This document shows positions 9,945 to 19,754 of a stretch of DNA of 64,000 nt, in pieces (position 1 is the stretch's first letter; each line of letters starts with the position of its first letter). The position numbers were made by a program, and so were the translations under genes. The stretch comes from Gemmatimonadales bacterium (GTDB taxonomy: Bacteria; Gemmatimonadota; Gemmatimonadetes; Gemmatimonadales; GWC2-71-9), in assembly GCA_037189525.1 (NCBI GenBank), contig JBBCJC010000005.1:224001-288000 (forward strand), written 5' to 3'. Under the pieces are notes generated by a model. It was not told where the DNA came from. It did no database searches and was given only the letters and a program-made list of their open reading frames with translations.

Positions 9945-11068
9945 GGAGGAACGGCCCGGCCGCGCATCCGGCCGACGCTCAGCACCACGCCGACGCCCAG
10001 CAGCGTGACCCAGAGATTCGACCGCCCGGCCGACATGAACGGGAGCACCAGGCCGGTCGTCGGCATCAGCCCCATGTTGACCGCCATGTGCATCAACGCG
10101 GTGATCCCCACCGACGCCGTGAGCCCGCCAGCCAGGTAACGCCCGAACGGATCAGGCGCCGTCCGAGCAATCCGAAGCCCGAGCCAGCAGAAGACACCGA
10201 ACAGCAGCACCACGAAGGCCACGCCGAGAAAACCCCACTCCTCACCTACCGTGCTGAAGAGGAAGTCGGACGGCGCATAGGGCAGATAGTTGAGCTTGAG
10301 CTGCCCTTCCCCGAACCCGGTGCCGAAGAATCGTCCCGCCGCGAATCCCTTGGTGGCCTGATCGAGCTGCCAGTTGGTCGTGGCCTGGCAATCGGAGGCA
10401 AGCCCGAAGAAGCAGCGGAAGCGCTGAAAGCGATACGGCTCCGCCATGATCGCCGCGACGCCGGCAAAGACCACGCCGATGAAGAGCAACAGGAACTGAC
10501 CGATCTTTGCGCCGGCAATGAAGAGGATCGTCCCGCCCAGCACCGCAATGATGGTGGCCATCGACAGGTTGGGCTGCAGCAGCACGAGCAACGATACCAG
10601 TCCGGTCACCACCAGCACCGGCGCCATTCCCTTCTTGAACTCCCGGATCTGGTCGCCCTTCTTGGCCGCGATCATGGCCGCCCACACCACGATGGCAAAG
10701 CGCGCCAGCTCCGAAGGCTGGAATCCCATCCCGGCAATATTGATCCACCGCTTGGCGCCGTTGATCCGCGGCGCAATCGACCCGAGTCCCGGCAGGAGCA
10801 GGATCACGAGCAGCGTCAGCGTGAGGAACAGGATCGGCCAGGCCCAGTCACGCCAGCGCTGATAGTCGATCCGCGAGGCGATGAGCAGGATCACCGCGCC
10901 AACCCCGGCGCCGAAGAGCTGCTTGAGCGCGACACTCAACCCCGCATCCTGGAAACTCGCCGCGGAATAGACGCTGACGATCCCGAAGACGGTCAGCACG
11001 GCGGTCACCGTGCCGAAGAGCCGAGTTTCCCAACGAACCTCGCTCGGATGGTCGACCTGACGATTCAC
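9941..11068 (-). CDS. ftsW: SEDS peptidoglycan polymerase FtsW
   Basis: INGAKRWI, FQPSE, DFLFS..GEEWG, PTTGLVLPFMS; GTG start overlapping murD stop. Confidence 0.95.
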   Translation of the reverse strand: MNRQVDHPSEVRWETRLFGTVTAVLTVFGIVSVYSAASFQDAGLSVALKQLFGAGVGAVILLIASRIDYQRWRDWAWPILFLTLTLLVILLLPGLGSIAPRINGAKRWINIAGMGFQPSELARFAIVVWAAMIAAKKGDQIREFKKGMAPVLVVTGLVSLLVLLQPNLSMATIIAVLGGTILFIAGAKIGQFLLLFIGVVFAGVAAIMAEPYRFQRFRCFFGLASDCQATTNWQLDQATKGFAAGRFFGTGFGEGQLKLNYLPYAPSDFLFSTVGEEWGFLGVAFVVLLFGVFCWLGLRIARTAPDPFGRYLAGGLTASVGITALMHMAVNMGLMPTTGLVLPFMSAGRSNLWVTLLGVGVVLSVGRMRGRAVPP

Positions 11069-12414
11069 ATCGCCTCCACCAGCCGGCGGAACGTGGCGCC
11101 CCGCACCTCGTAGTTCGGGAACATGTCGTAACTCGAGCACGCCGGCGACAGCAGTACTGCGTCGCCCGGCTGCGCCAGCGATCGCGCGGTGGCGATCACC
11201 TCTTCAAACGAGCCTCCCTCCACGAGAGGGACCCGGCCGCGCAGATCGTCGAGAATGATCGGCCGAGCCTCGCCGTAGGCAATCACGGCCCGGCATTGCG
11301 TCAGGAGCGGCGCCAGGCGCGCATAGCTCTCGCCCTTGTGCCTGCCACCGAGCAACAGGACGTAGCGGCGGGTCATCGCACGGACTGCCACGTCGGTCGA
11401 CGACAGGTTGGTCGCCTTGGAATCGTTGATCCAGAGCACCCCGCCCTTTTCACCGACCGGCTCCATCCGGTGCGGCAGCGCGGCAATCGTCTCGAGACCC
11501 TGCCCGATGACTTCGATCGGCACACCCAGCGCCGCCACCGTCAGCGCTGCCGCCAGCGCATTGGCGACGTTGTGGTCGCCCAGGAGCGGCAAGCGGTCGC
11601 GATCGAGCAACCCCGCATCGCCCAACCGGAGCAGGTTCTCGGCCCGGTCGTACCACGCATCGGCCGGACCAGTCAGCGAGAACTGATAGCGATGCCCCGG
11701 CATGTCGCCGACCCAGCGCGCCGACGTCTCGTCGTCGGCATTGGTAATCCAGTGCGACTCGACAGCGGCGTTGGCAAAGAGCCGCATCTTGTCGCGATAG
11801 TAATCGTCCAGGGTGGCGTACCGATCGAGATGGTCCGGCGCAAGGTTGGTGAGCACCCCCACCGACGGCGCCAGGCTGGGCATGTGGTGCAACTGAAAGC
11901 TCGAGAGCTCGACGGCCAGCTGATCCGGACGATCGGCCGAAAGCGCCAGCTGCGAAAGCGGCGTTCCGATGTTGCCGGCCGTCCGGGCGCGGCGTCCCGC
12001 GGCGACGAGCAGATGGCCGACCAGCGCCGTCGTCGTGGTCTTGCCGTTGGTGCCGGTAATCGCGGCGTACTCGATCGGCTGGAGGGCGCGCAAACCCAGC
12101 TCCGCCTCCGCCCACACGGTCACGTCGCGCGCCCGCGCGGCAACCACCGGCGGGGCATCGGGCGGCACGCCCGGCGAGAGCACCGCCAGCCCGGCTCGGC
12201 CGATCCGATCGAGATCGTGGCCGCCGACCTCGACCGTCGCACCCAACTCCCGCAGCTGGACAGCGGTGGCGTCCAGCGACTCTCCGCGCCCGCCATCGGA
12301 GGCGTAGACGGCCGCGCCGGCGCTCCGGAGCAGCCGCGTTGCCGCTTCGCCGCTCCGGCCCAGGCCGATGACGGCGACCTCGCGAGCCCGGTCGAGGCCG
12401 GGAATCGTCGGCAC
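11065..12414 (-). CDS. murD: UDP-MurNAc-L-Ala--D-glutamate ligase
   Basis: GLGRSG, SPG, TGTNGKTTT, ELSSFQL, NDSKATN, LLSPACSSYDMF; GTG start at 12414. Confidence 0.97.
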   Translation of the reverse strand: MPTIPGLDRAREVAVIGLGRSGEAATRLLRSAGAAVYASDGGRGESLDATAVQLRELGATVEVGGHDLDRIGRAGLAVLSPGVPPDAPPVVAARARDVTVWAEAELGLRALQPIEYAAITGTNGKTTTTALVGHLLVAAGRRARTAGNIGTPLSQLALSADRPDQLAVELSSFQLHHMPSLAPSVGVLTNLAPDHLDRYATLDDYYRDKMRLFANAAVESHWITNADDETSARWVGDMPGHRYQFSLTGPADAWYDRAENLLRLGDAGLLDRDRLPLLGDHNVANALAAALTVAALGVPIEVIGQGLETIAALPHRMEPVGEKGGVLWINDSKATNLSSTDVAVRAMTRRYVLLLGGRHKGESYARLAPLLTQCRAVIAYGEARPIILDDLRGRVPLVEGGSFEEVIATARSLAQPGDAVLLSPACSSYDMFPNYEVRGATFRRLVEAM

Positions 12415-12415
12415 C

Positions 12416-13543
12416 TTATCGGACCTTGAGCGTGGCAAAGGCCACCAGCGCGCAGAAGAAGCCGAGAATCCAGAAGCGGACCACGACCTGACTCTCGGGC
12501 CAGCCCTTCTTCTCGAAGTGATGATGCAGCGGCGCCATCCGGAAGACCCGGTGGGCATCGGCATATTCGCGCCCCCGGGTCCGCTTGAACCACTTGTAGA
12601 CCCCAATCTGCAGGATCACCGATACCTGCTCCGCCACGAACACCCCGCCGATGATCAACAACAAAAACTCGGCGCGGAGCAGGATGGCCACGGTTCCGAA
12701 GGCGCCGCCGATGGCCAGGCTGCCCGTATCGCCCATGAAGACCCGCGCCGGATGCGCGTTGTACCAGAGGAAGCCGATGGCCCCGCCCATCAATGCCGCG
12801 CAGAAGACAGTGAGTTCACCGGCACCGGGCAGATAGTAGAAGCCCAGGTACGACGTCATGTCGACGCGGCCGAAGATGTAGGCAAACACCGCGAACGCCC
12901 CTGCGGCGATTGCCGTGAGACCGGCCGCGAGACCGTCCAAACCGTCGGTCATGTTGACCGCGTTGCTGGAGCCCGTCACGACGAAGGTGACGAATCCGAC
13001 ATACAACAACGGTGCGAAGATGACGACCGTGTACTTGAGAAACGGCAGGATCGTTGCCGTCGCCGGGAGCGTCGTGGTGGGCACCACGGGTTCGAGCCAG
13101 AGATACAGACCGAGCGCAATACCGAAGGTGCACTGTCCGACCAGCTTCCAGCGCGCCACCAGGCCGCGCGATTTGCCCTGCACCACTTTGAGATAGTCGT
13201 CCAGGAATCCGATCGCACCGGTCCACAGCGTCGCGAACACCGCCACCAGGATGAACCGGTTGGTGAGCGGCGCCCAGAGCAGCGTCGGCACCACGGTAGC
13301 AAGCAGGATGATCAGCCCACCCATGGTCGGGGTGCCGCGCTTGGCCTCGTGGCTCGCCAGCAAGCCGGTCCGCACCACCTGCCCGATCTTGAGGCGGTGC
13401 AGTCGCTCGATGATCCAGGGCCCCGCCACGAACGCAATCAGGAGCGCCGTCACCACCGCCCCGGCGGCGCGGAAACTGATGTAGTTGAAAAGATTGAAGA
13501 GGATGTGATCGCGGCCCAGCGGGGCCAGCAGATGATAAAGCAT
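12416..13543 (-). CDS. mraY: Phospho-N-acetylmuramoyl-pentapeptide transferase
   Basis: TPTMGG, NAVNMTDGLDGL, FMGDTGS, MAPLHHHFE. Confidence 0.98.
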   Translation of the reverse strand: MLYHLLAPLGRDHILFNLFNYISFRAAGAVVTALLIAFVAGPWIIERLHRLKIGQVVRTGLLASHEAKRGTPTMGGLIILLATVVPTLLWAPLTNRFILVAVFATLWTGAIGFLDDYLKVVQGKSRGLVARWKLVGQCTFGIALGLYLWLEPVVPTTTLPATATILPFLKYTVVIFAPLLYVGFVTFVVTGSSNAVNMTDGLDGLAAGLTAIAAGAFAVFAYIFGRVDMTSYLGFYYLPGAGELTVFCAALMGGAIGFLWYNAHPARVFMGDTGSLAIGGAFGTVAILLRAEFLLLIIGGVFVAEQVSVILQIGVYKWFKRTRGREYADAHRVFRMAPLHHHFEKKGWPESQVVVRFWILGFFCALVAFATLKVR

Positions 13544-13552
13544 CGCGAAGCC

Positions 13553-14896
13553 TTAAGGCGCAGTGCGAGCGATGAGAGCCGGGAGCATCCGTTCGAGCGT
13601 CACGCCGCGCGACCCCTTGAGGACGACGAGTTCATCGCCGGCGAGCCGGGGAGCGAGTTGTTCGCCCATGGTAAGGGCGTCGGGCGCTGTGAGCAACCGT
13701 TCGCCCAGCCGATCGGCGTACGGAACCAGCGCAGGCCCGAATTCCCCGACCGCGGCCAGCAGGTCGGGGTCGAGCGCCACCAGCGCTTCGGCGATCTCGG
13801 CATGCCATCGCGCCGCATCGGGACCGAGTTCACGCATGGTCCCGGCCACGAAGACCAGCCGCCGGTTGCCACGCATGGACCGGGCGACCTCGATGACCGC
13901 GCGAAAGGACGCCGGATTGGCGTTGTAGCTGTCGTTGAGGATGGTGAGCGCCCCATGCTGCGTCAGCTCACCCCGCCCGCCGGGCAGGCTGACTCGGCCG
14001 AGCGCCGCTGCCACGGCTGCCAGGTCGAGGCCAAGCTCCTTGGCCACCGCCCAGACGAGGAGGGCGTTCCGGGCCTGGTGGAGCCCCAGCTGGCTCAACC
14101 TGAACTCGGCGCCGTCGACCATGAGCCGGGCATGTCCAGCTGCATCGAGGGCCACCGACGTCGGCACGATATCGCCCCGTTCGAAGCCCGCCGTCACCAC
14201 TCGGCCGGCGCGCGCTCGGGCCCCTGCCAGCAACTCGGCATCGTCGGACGGGATCACCGCGACCGGAACGCCATCGGCCAGGGCAAGCTTCTCGGTCCGC
14301 ACCGCCTCGACCGATCCGAACCCCTCAAGATGCCCTTGCGCCACGTTGGTGATGACCGCGACGGTCGGCTCGATGATCTCCCGATAGCGCGCAATCTCGC
14401 CGAGCAGGTTGGCGCCCGCCTCGACCACCAGCGCCTGGGTATCCTCCGGCGCCTCGAGAATCGTCTGCGGGACCCCGACCAGGTTATTGAGATTGAGCCG
14501 AGTGGCGTGGACCCGGAACCGGGTCGCGAGCGCCGCCGCGAGCATTTCTTTCGTCGAGGTCTTGCCGTTGGTCCCCGTCACCCCGACCACCGGCCCGCGC
14601 AGCTGGCGACGGCGATGACGAGCCAACCATCCGTAGGCTCGCAGGGTATCGTCGACCCGATAGAGCGAGAGCCCGGGCACTTCCGGCGTATCAGCCCGGA
14701 CGATGGCCGCCGTGGCACCCGCATCGCGCGCGGCTTCGAGAAACCGATGCCCGTCGAACCGCTCACCCACCAGCGCCACGAACAGCGCCCCCGGCACCAG
14801 CGTGCGGGTATCGGTGACGATGGCGGTATAGACGGGCCCATCCGCGCCGCCCGGAAGGCCCAGCGCCGTGCGCACCGCCCGGTCGTCCCAGCGCAT
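13553..14896 (-). CDS. murF: UDP-MurNAc-tripeptide--D-Ala-D-Ala ligase
   Basis: GERFDGH, GTNGKTSTKE, NDSYNANP, LKGSRG. Confidence 0.96.
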   Translation of the reverse strand: MRWDDRAVRTALGLPGGADGPVYTAIVTDTRTLVPGALFVALVGERFDGHRFLEAARDAGATAAIVRADTPEVPGLSLYRVDDTLRAYGWLARHRRRQLRGPVVGVTGTNGKTSTKEMLAAALATRFRVHATRLNLNNLVGVPQTILEAPEDTQALVVEAGANLLGEIARYREIIEPTVAVITNVAQGHLEGFGSVEAVRTEKLALADGVPVAVIPSDDAELLAGARARAGRVVTAGFERGDIVPTSVALDAAGHARLMVDGAEFRLSQLGLHQARNALLVWAVAKELGLDLAAVAAALGRVSLPGGRGELTQHGALTILNDSYNANPASFRAVIEVARSMRGNRRLVFVAGTMRELGPDAARWHAEIAEALVALDPDLLAAVGEFGPALVPYADRLGERLLTAPDALTMGEQLAPRLAGDELVVLKGSRGVTLERMLPALIARTAP

Positions 14897-16369
14897 CTAG
14901 CGACCCTCCAGGATCTCGACGACGACAACCCGTTCATCGAACGGATACGACGTGGTTCCGATGATCTGGTAGGTCTCGTGTCCCTTCCCGGCCAGCACCA
15001 GGGTATCGTCGGGCCGAGCCTGCTCGAGCACCCAGCGAATCGCCTCGCGTCGATCGGCAATCCGCTGCAGCCCATCTCGCGAGGGAAACCCGGCGACGAT
15101 CTCGTCGATGATCGCGTCGGGATCTTCGGTTCGGGGGTTGTCGGAGGTCACGATCGACAGATCGGCCAACTCCGCCGCCAGCCGACCCATGATCGGCCGC
15201 TTGCCCCGGTCACGATCGCCGCCGCAGCCGAACAGCACCATCAGCCGGCCGGGCGTGATGGGACGCAAGGTCCGCAAAACCCGTTCAAGCGCGTCCGGTT
15301 TGTGCGCATAGTCGCGGATCACCACGCAGGGCTGGTCGGCCAGACGCTCCATCCGTCCCGGCACCTGGGGTGCATCGGCCAGCCGGGCTGCCACCGTATC
15401 GAACGACCGACCCAACCCGAGCGCACAGGCCGCCGCCGCGAGAGCATTGGAGACATTGAATTCTCCCGGGAGCGGCAGCGTCACCTCGGCATCACCGTAC
15501 CGGCCGGTCAGCCGGAAACGGCTTTCGAGCGGCAACAGCACCAGGTCACGGGCCTGCAGCATCGCCGATGGGGAGGTACCGAAGGTCACCACGTCGGAGC
15601 GGTCCCAGAGTGACTCCCACGCCGGATCGTCCCGATTGGCCGCGACCACTCCGCTCGGCGCCAGCAGGTCGAGCAGACGGAGCTTGGCGTCGCGATAGCG
15701 GTCCATGGTGATGTGATAGTCGAGATGCTCGCGGCTCAGATTGGTGAAGATGGCGCCGTCGAACACCAGGCCGTCCAACCGCCCCTGCTCCAGGCTGTGC
15801 GAGGAGGTTTCCATCGCGATCTGCCGAACCCCGGCAGCCACCATCCCGGCAAGCGTGGCCTGGAGATCGACCGGCCCCGGTGTCGTCAGCGACCCTGCCG
15901 TCGACGGCACCGATCGGCCGGCGCCATCGTACGCACCGAGCGTCCCGATCGTCCCCGCCGCGTGATGGTCGTCGCCCAGCAGGTGCGCAGCGAGTAGCGT
16001 CGTGGTCGTTTTGCCGCTGGTGCCCGTCACCCCGATCAACGACAGGTGCCGGGCCGGGTCGCCGAACCAGGCCCGGGCCAGCGCAATCGCGGCGCGCCGG
16101 CCGTCGCGTACCACCACCTGGGGAATGGCCAACTCGGACAGCAGAGTTTCGACCACCGCCACCGTCGCGCCCGCCGCCGCAGCCATCGGGACGAACCGGT
16201 GACCGTCGACCTGTGAGCCTCGAACCGCCAGAAACCAGGCGCCTGGAGTCACCCCGCGGCTGTCCACCACCAATGCCGACGGCGACGGACATCCGTCCGG
16301 TGCGCTGACCAGCAAATCGTCCCGCCCGAGCGCCGCCAGGAGTGACGCCGTGTCCCGAACGCCGGTCAT
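14897..16369 (-). CDS. murE: UDP-MurNAc-dipeptide--meso-diaminopimelate ligase
   Basis: GTSGKTTT, LTTPG, DYAHKPDA, GCGGDRD, DNPR (mDAP specificity), GKGHE. Confidence 0.97.
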   Translation of the reverse strand: MTGVRDTASLLAALGRDDLLVSAPDGCPSPSALVVDSRGVTPGAWFLAVRGSQVDGHRFVPMAAAAGATVAVVETLLSELAIPQVVVRDGRRAAIALARAWFGDPARHLSLIGVTGTSGKTTTTLLAAHLLGDDHHAAGTIGTLGAYDGAGRSVPSTAGSLTTPGPVDLQATLAGMVAAGVRQIAMETSSHSLEQGRLDGLVFDGAIFTNLSREHLDYHITMDRYRDAKLRLLDLLAPSGVVAANRDDPAWESLWDRSDVVTFGTSPSAMLQARDLVLLPLESRFRLTGRYGDAEVTLPLPGEFNVSNALAAAACALGLGRSFDTVAARLADAPQVPGRMERLADQPCVVIRDYAHKPDALERVLRTLRPITPGRLMVLFGCGGDRDRGKRPIMGRLAAELADLSIVTSDNPRTEDPDAIIDEIVAGFPSRDGLQRIADRREAIRWVLEQARPDDTLVLAGKGHETYQIIGTTSYPFDERVVVVEILEGR

Positions 16370-18360
16370 GTGCTACGCGGCCGGCCGGCCACGATCACGA
16401 CGGTCTTCCCCGCCTCGAATGTCTCACCCGTTTCCGGCACCGTACGCTGCACCACTCCGCTCCCTTCGAGTCGAACCTGGAACCCGCGTCGATGCAGCGC
16501 GGCAGTCGCCTTCCGGACGGAGAGGCCGACCACATCTGGGACCTCGTGCGACGGCGCGGCCTCGCGACCCGCCGGCGGAACCGGAATCGCGACCCAGCTG
16601 CGCCGCTCCGGTTCCCGATCGACCGTCGTCGGCCGCGCCGCTACAGCGTGCCGCCCAGCGCCCTGGTCCGCCAGCCGGGTACGGTCGAGCGAGGTCCGCC
16701 GGGCAGCCAGCGCCTGCCGCAGCATCCGACCGACCAGCGGCGCCGCCACCGTGCCTCCGTAATAGCCGCCCCTCGGCCGCTCGATGCGCACCACGACCAC
16801 CAGCTGCGGATCGTTGGCCGGGAAGATGCCCGCAAACGACGCCGCATGCTCGTCGACATACCGGCCATTGCGCACCAACCGAGCCGTTCCGGTCTTGCCC
16901 AGCACGCCGCCGCGGACCTGTGCCCGGCTACCAGTACCGGAGTCGGCGGCCGAGAGCGCCAAATAGCGCCGGATGGTGGCGGCCACTTCGGGGGTGACGG
17001 CCTGCCGAACCTCGAGCGGCTGATGGCGATAGATCACTTTGCCTTCGGGGTCGCGGATTTCGCGGATCAGCGCCGGCGCCATCAGGCGCCCGTCGTTGGC
17101 CAGCGCCCCGTACGCAGCCGCCAGCTGAATCGGCGTGACCTGAATGGCGTAGCCCATCGCCGCGCTGATACCCTCCTGCCCCGCCCGCCAGCGTTCCGGC
17201 CGAGGCACCACCCCGGACGCCTCACCCGGAAACTCGACCCCGGTGGGCGAGGCGAAACCGAAGGCCCGCAATGCCTCATAGTGTTCGGCGGAACTCAGCC
17301 GCTGGGAAAACTTGCCCATCGCGATGTTGCTCGACACCTGGATCGCGCGCGCCAAAGTGAGCGGGTGCTTCTGGGGATGATCGTCGCGCACCGGCCGGGA
17401 CCGGCCGGCCACCGGCCAGGTGCCCTTCTCCGGCGACACCTCATCGGTACTGTCGACCCGGCCGAGCGCGAGCAGCGCCGCCGCGGTAAAGGGCTTGGCG
17501 GTCGATCCGGGCTCGAACGAACTCCCGAAGAACGAGGCGCTGACCACCTCGCGTCCCAGCGAATCAACCTCGCGCGCGGCTGCCGCCAGCACCTCGCCGG
17601 TCCGCGGATCGAGAAACACGATGTCGCCGCGACGGGGGTTGGCTTCGCGGAACACCGCGGCCAGGCTCCCCTCGGCGATCTCCTGCAACTCCCGATCGAT
17701 GGTCAGGGTGACATCGTGACCGCGCACCGCCGGCCGCGCCACCCGCCCCGGCGATTCGTAGGTCTGGCCTTTGGCGTCTTTGATCAGCACCGCCTCGCCG
17801 GGCACCCCGACCAGGAGCGAATCGAGGAAGCGCTCGAGACCGGTGCGCCCTTCACTCCGATCCGCCCACAGGTTGCCGATCAGCGGCCTGGCCAGCGGCC
17901 CGGACGGATATTCACGCCGGTAGAGGGGACGCGGATAGACGCCGTCCATGGTGCGCAACCGCCGCATCTGGTTCGCGGTGAACGGACCATGGGCGTAGAA
18001 GTCCCGCTTGGCGCGCAGTGCCGTTTCCAGCCGGTTGACGTCGCGCCCGATGTCCTGCCGGTAGATCCGCAGGAGCGAGTCCGGATGCCTGACCTGGACG
18101 CCGGCAATGTCGATCCGATAGCGTTCGAGCGAGGTGGCGAGCGGGGTTCCGGCCCGGTCCGCAATCACCCCGCGCGGGGGTTCGATGACGCGGCGGGCCG
18201 TCCGCTCGGACTCCGCGATGTCGGCATAGTCTCCCCCGCGCGCCAACTGCAGATACCCGGCTCGGCCGACCATCGCCAGGCCGCCCAACAGGAGGAAGAT
18301 ACCGAGCCAGCGGAGCCGGCCTTCGGGATTCGTGGCGCGCTCAGCGGGGACGCGATTCAC
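16366..18360 (-). CDS. ftsI: Class B penicillin-binding protein FtsI with C-terminal PASTA domain
   Basis: EPGSTAK (SxxK), SSN, KTGT; VPDVVGLS PASTA repeat; start estimated at GTG 18360. Confidence 0.93.
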   Translation of the reverse strand: MNRVPAERATNPEGRLRWLGIFLLLGGLAMVGRAGYLQLARGGDYADIAESERTARRVIEPPRGVIADRAGTPLATSLERYRIDIAGVQVRHPDSLLRIYRQDIGRDVNRLETALRAKRDFYAHGPFTANQMRRLRTMDGVYPRPLYRREYPSGPLARPLIGNLWADRSEGRTGLERFLDSLLVGVPGEAVLIKDAKGQTYESPGRVARPAVRGHDVTLTIDRELQEIAEGSLAAVFREANPRRGDIVFLDPRTGEVLAAAAREVDSLGREVVSASFFGSSFEPGSTAKPFTAAALLALGRVDSTDEVSPEKGTWPVAGRSRPVRDDHPQKHPLTLARAIQVSSNIAMGKFSQRLSSAEHYEALRAFGFASPTGVEFPGEASGVVPRPERWRAGQEGISAAMGYAIQVTPIQLAAAYGALANDGRLMAPALIREIRDPEGKVIYRHQPLEVRQAVTPEVAATIRRYLALSAADSGTGSRAQVRGGVLGKTGTARLVRNGRYVDEHAASFAGIFPANDPQLVVVVRIERPRGGYYGGTVAAPLVGRMLRQALAARRTSLDRTRLADQGAGRHAVAARPTTVDREPERRSWVAIPVPPAGREAAPSHEVPDVVGLSVRKATAALHRRGFQVRLEGSGVVQRTVPETGETFEAGKTVVIVAGRPRST

Positions 18361-18654
18361 CGGCACCGGCTCCCAGCAAGAGAATGGTCGACGCCGTATC
18401 CGGAGGCACGGCAAGACCCAGCTTGGCCACCTTGGGCGCCAGCGCCTCGGCCGTCGAGGCCATCCGAATCCGGCGCTCCAGTTCCGCCTGGCGCGCCTCG
18501 AGAGCGCCCCGGGCCTCCTTGAGCTGCCGGAGCCGTCCCGCGGTGTCGAACGCCGCCTTCTGACGCAGCAGCACCCCGGCGGCCACCACCAGGAAGATGG
18601 TGAGCCAGAACGCGACCCAGTAGCGCCCGGTGCCCTTCTTAGCGCGCTTGGCCG

Positions 18655-18658
<4 letters not shown>
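18341..18658 (-). CDS. ftsL: FtsL-like cell division protein
   Basis: Short basic N-terminus, one TM, coiled coil, A..LG tail; between rsmH and ftsI. Confidence 0.75.
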
Positions 18659-19560
<902 letters not shown>

Positions 19561-19570
19561 GTGTCCTCAT

Positions 19571-19610
19571 AAAAAAAATCACCCCGCCACCAAATTGGGA
19601 CGGGGTGATT
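19571..19610 (-). terminator. Intrinsic terminator after tRNA-Asp
   Basis: Minus strand AATCACCCCG-(14 nt)-CGGGGTGATT followed by a T run. Confidence 0.8.
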
Positions 19611-19623
19611 GGTACCTTCGAGA

Positions 19624-19698
19624 CGGGGCTGACGGGGCTCGAACCCGCGACCTCCGCAGTGACAGTGCGGCACTCTAACCAAGCTGAGCTACAGCCCC
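19624..19698 (-). tRNA. tRNA-Asp(GTC), CCA not encoded
   Basis: Cloverleaf GGGGCTG...CAGCCCC-G, anticodon arm CCGCA-CTGTCAC-TGCGG, T loop TTCGAGC. Confidence 0.96.
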
Positions 19699-19717
19699 TG
19701 GTCGTTTGGAGCCCCTA

Positions 19718-19747
19718 AATATAAGGGGCTCCTACGCCTTCGATCAA
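19718..19747 (-). promoter_or_regulatory. Putative sigma70 promoter for tRNA-Asp
   Basis: TTGATC-N18-TATATT about 20 nt upstream of the tRNA; the -10 sits in the loop of inverted repeat GGAGCCCCT/AGGGGCTCC. Confidence 0.55.
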
Positions 19748-19754
19748 TGGCTGC

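Noticed and set aside
12368..15613. 1081 aa plus-strand ORF, and similar long ORFs (3..2357, 16342..18522, 25061..27118, 46384..48381)
   Set aside because: Antisense shadows of well-supported minus-strand genes in high-GC DNA; no recognisable motifs
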